From NCBI RefSeq assembly GCF_009914755.1, contig NC_060929.1: 64,000 nt of DNA; one strand, 5' to 3'. Position numbers and translations under genes: made by a program. The stretch comes from the human T2T-CHM13v2.0 reference genome, Homo sapiens. Positions 63,811 to 64,000 of the stretch are shown one piece after another (positions within the stretch are counted from its first letter, which is position 1; the number at the start of each line of letters is the position of its first letter). The notes below the pieces were generated by a model. It ran no database searches. It worked only from the letters and a program-made list of their open reading frames with translations, and was not told where the DNA came from.

Positions 63811-63829
63811 TGGCCACCAGGTGGCGCCC
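63811..63829 (+). promoter_or_regulatory. CTCF binding motif (forward orientation)
   Basis: TGGCCACCAGGTGGCGCCC is near-identical to the CTCF core consensus TGGCCACCAGG(G/T)GGCGC. Confidence 0.8.
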
Positions 63830-64000
63830 TCCCCTCAATCGGTGGCAGCCTCAGGCCACAGGGGAAGGCCCTAGGAGTATTTTCTGTCCCTCATAGAGAT
63901 GCTGTATTTGGTGAATACTTCGATTCACACCGTTGTAAAAATCCTAGAGAGTCCATGCAGAAAGGGACTTAGATCTGGTCCCCCTTCCTTGTTTTACAGA

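Overview
This is primate, almost certainly human, genomic DNA (Alu/L1/MIR/MER-rich). I recognise the locus from the proteins as GALNT10 - SAP30L-AS1 - SAP30L; HAND1 is known to lie just beyond the right edge. The + strand carries the last five coding exons of GALNT10 (45-152, 5482-5703, 8824-8940, 11717-11866, 12742-12900; all phase 0) and its ~4 kb 3'UTR. A ~24 kb repeat-dense interval with nested L1/Alu/DNA-transposon/LTR stacks follows. Next come a bidirectional CpG-island promoter (~41.6-42.9 kb) and the complete 4-exon SAP30L gene (183 aa; 42552-42752, 47036-47158, 49361-49459, 51859-51987) with a ~5 kb tandem-polyA 3'UTR. Near the right edge are homeodomain/TCF motif clusters and a near-consensus CTCF site. 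I found no new multi-gene system, CRISPR array or RNA gene. The leads most worth testing are all inferences: (1) a 180-codon stop-free intronic frame running in-frame into GALNT10 exon 10, followed by a read-through stop and AATAAA; (2) a CAG|GTAAGG dual/recursive splice site at the SAP30L exon 2 acceptor; (3) an in-frame, good-context CUG predicting a 36-aa N-terminal extension of SAP30L, in an AUG-free leader; (4) inverted Alus around the 150-nt, stop-free GALNT10 exon 11. GALNT10 exon numbers and repeat subfamily names come from recalled annotation and consensus resemblance; repeat boundaries are approximate.
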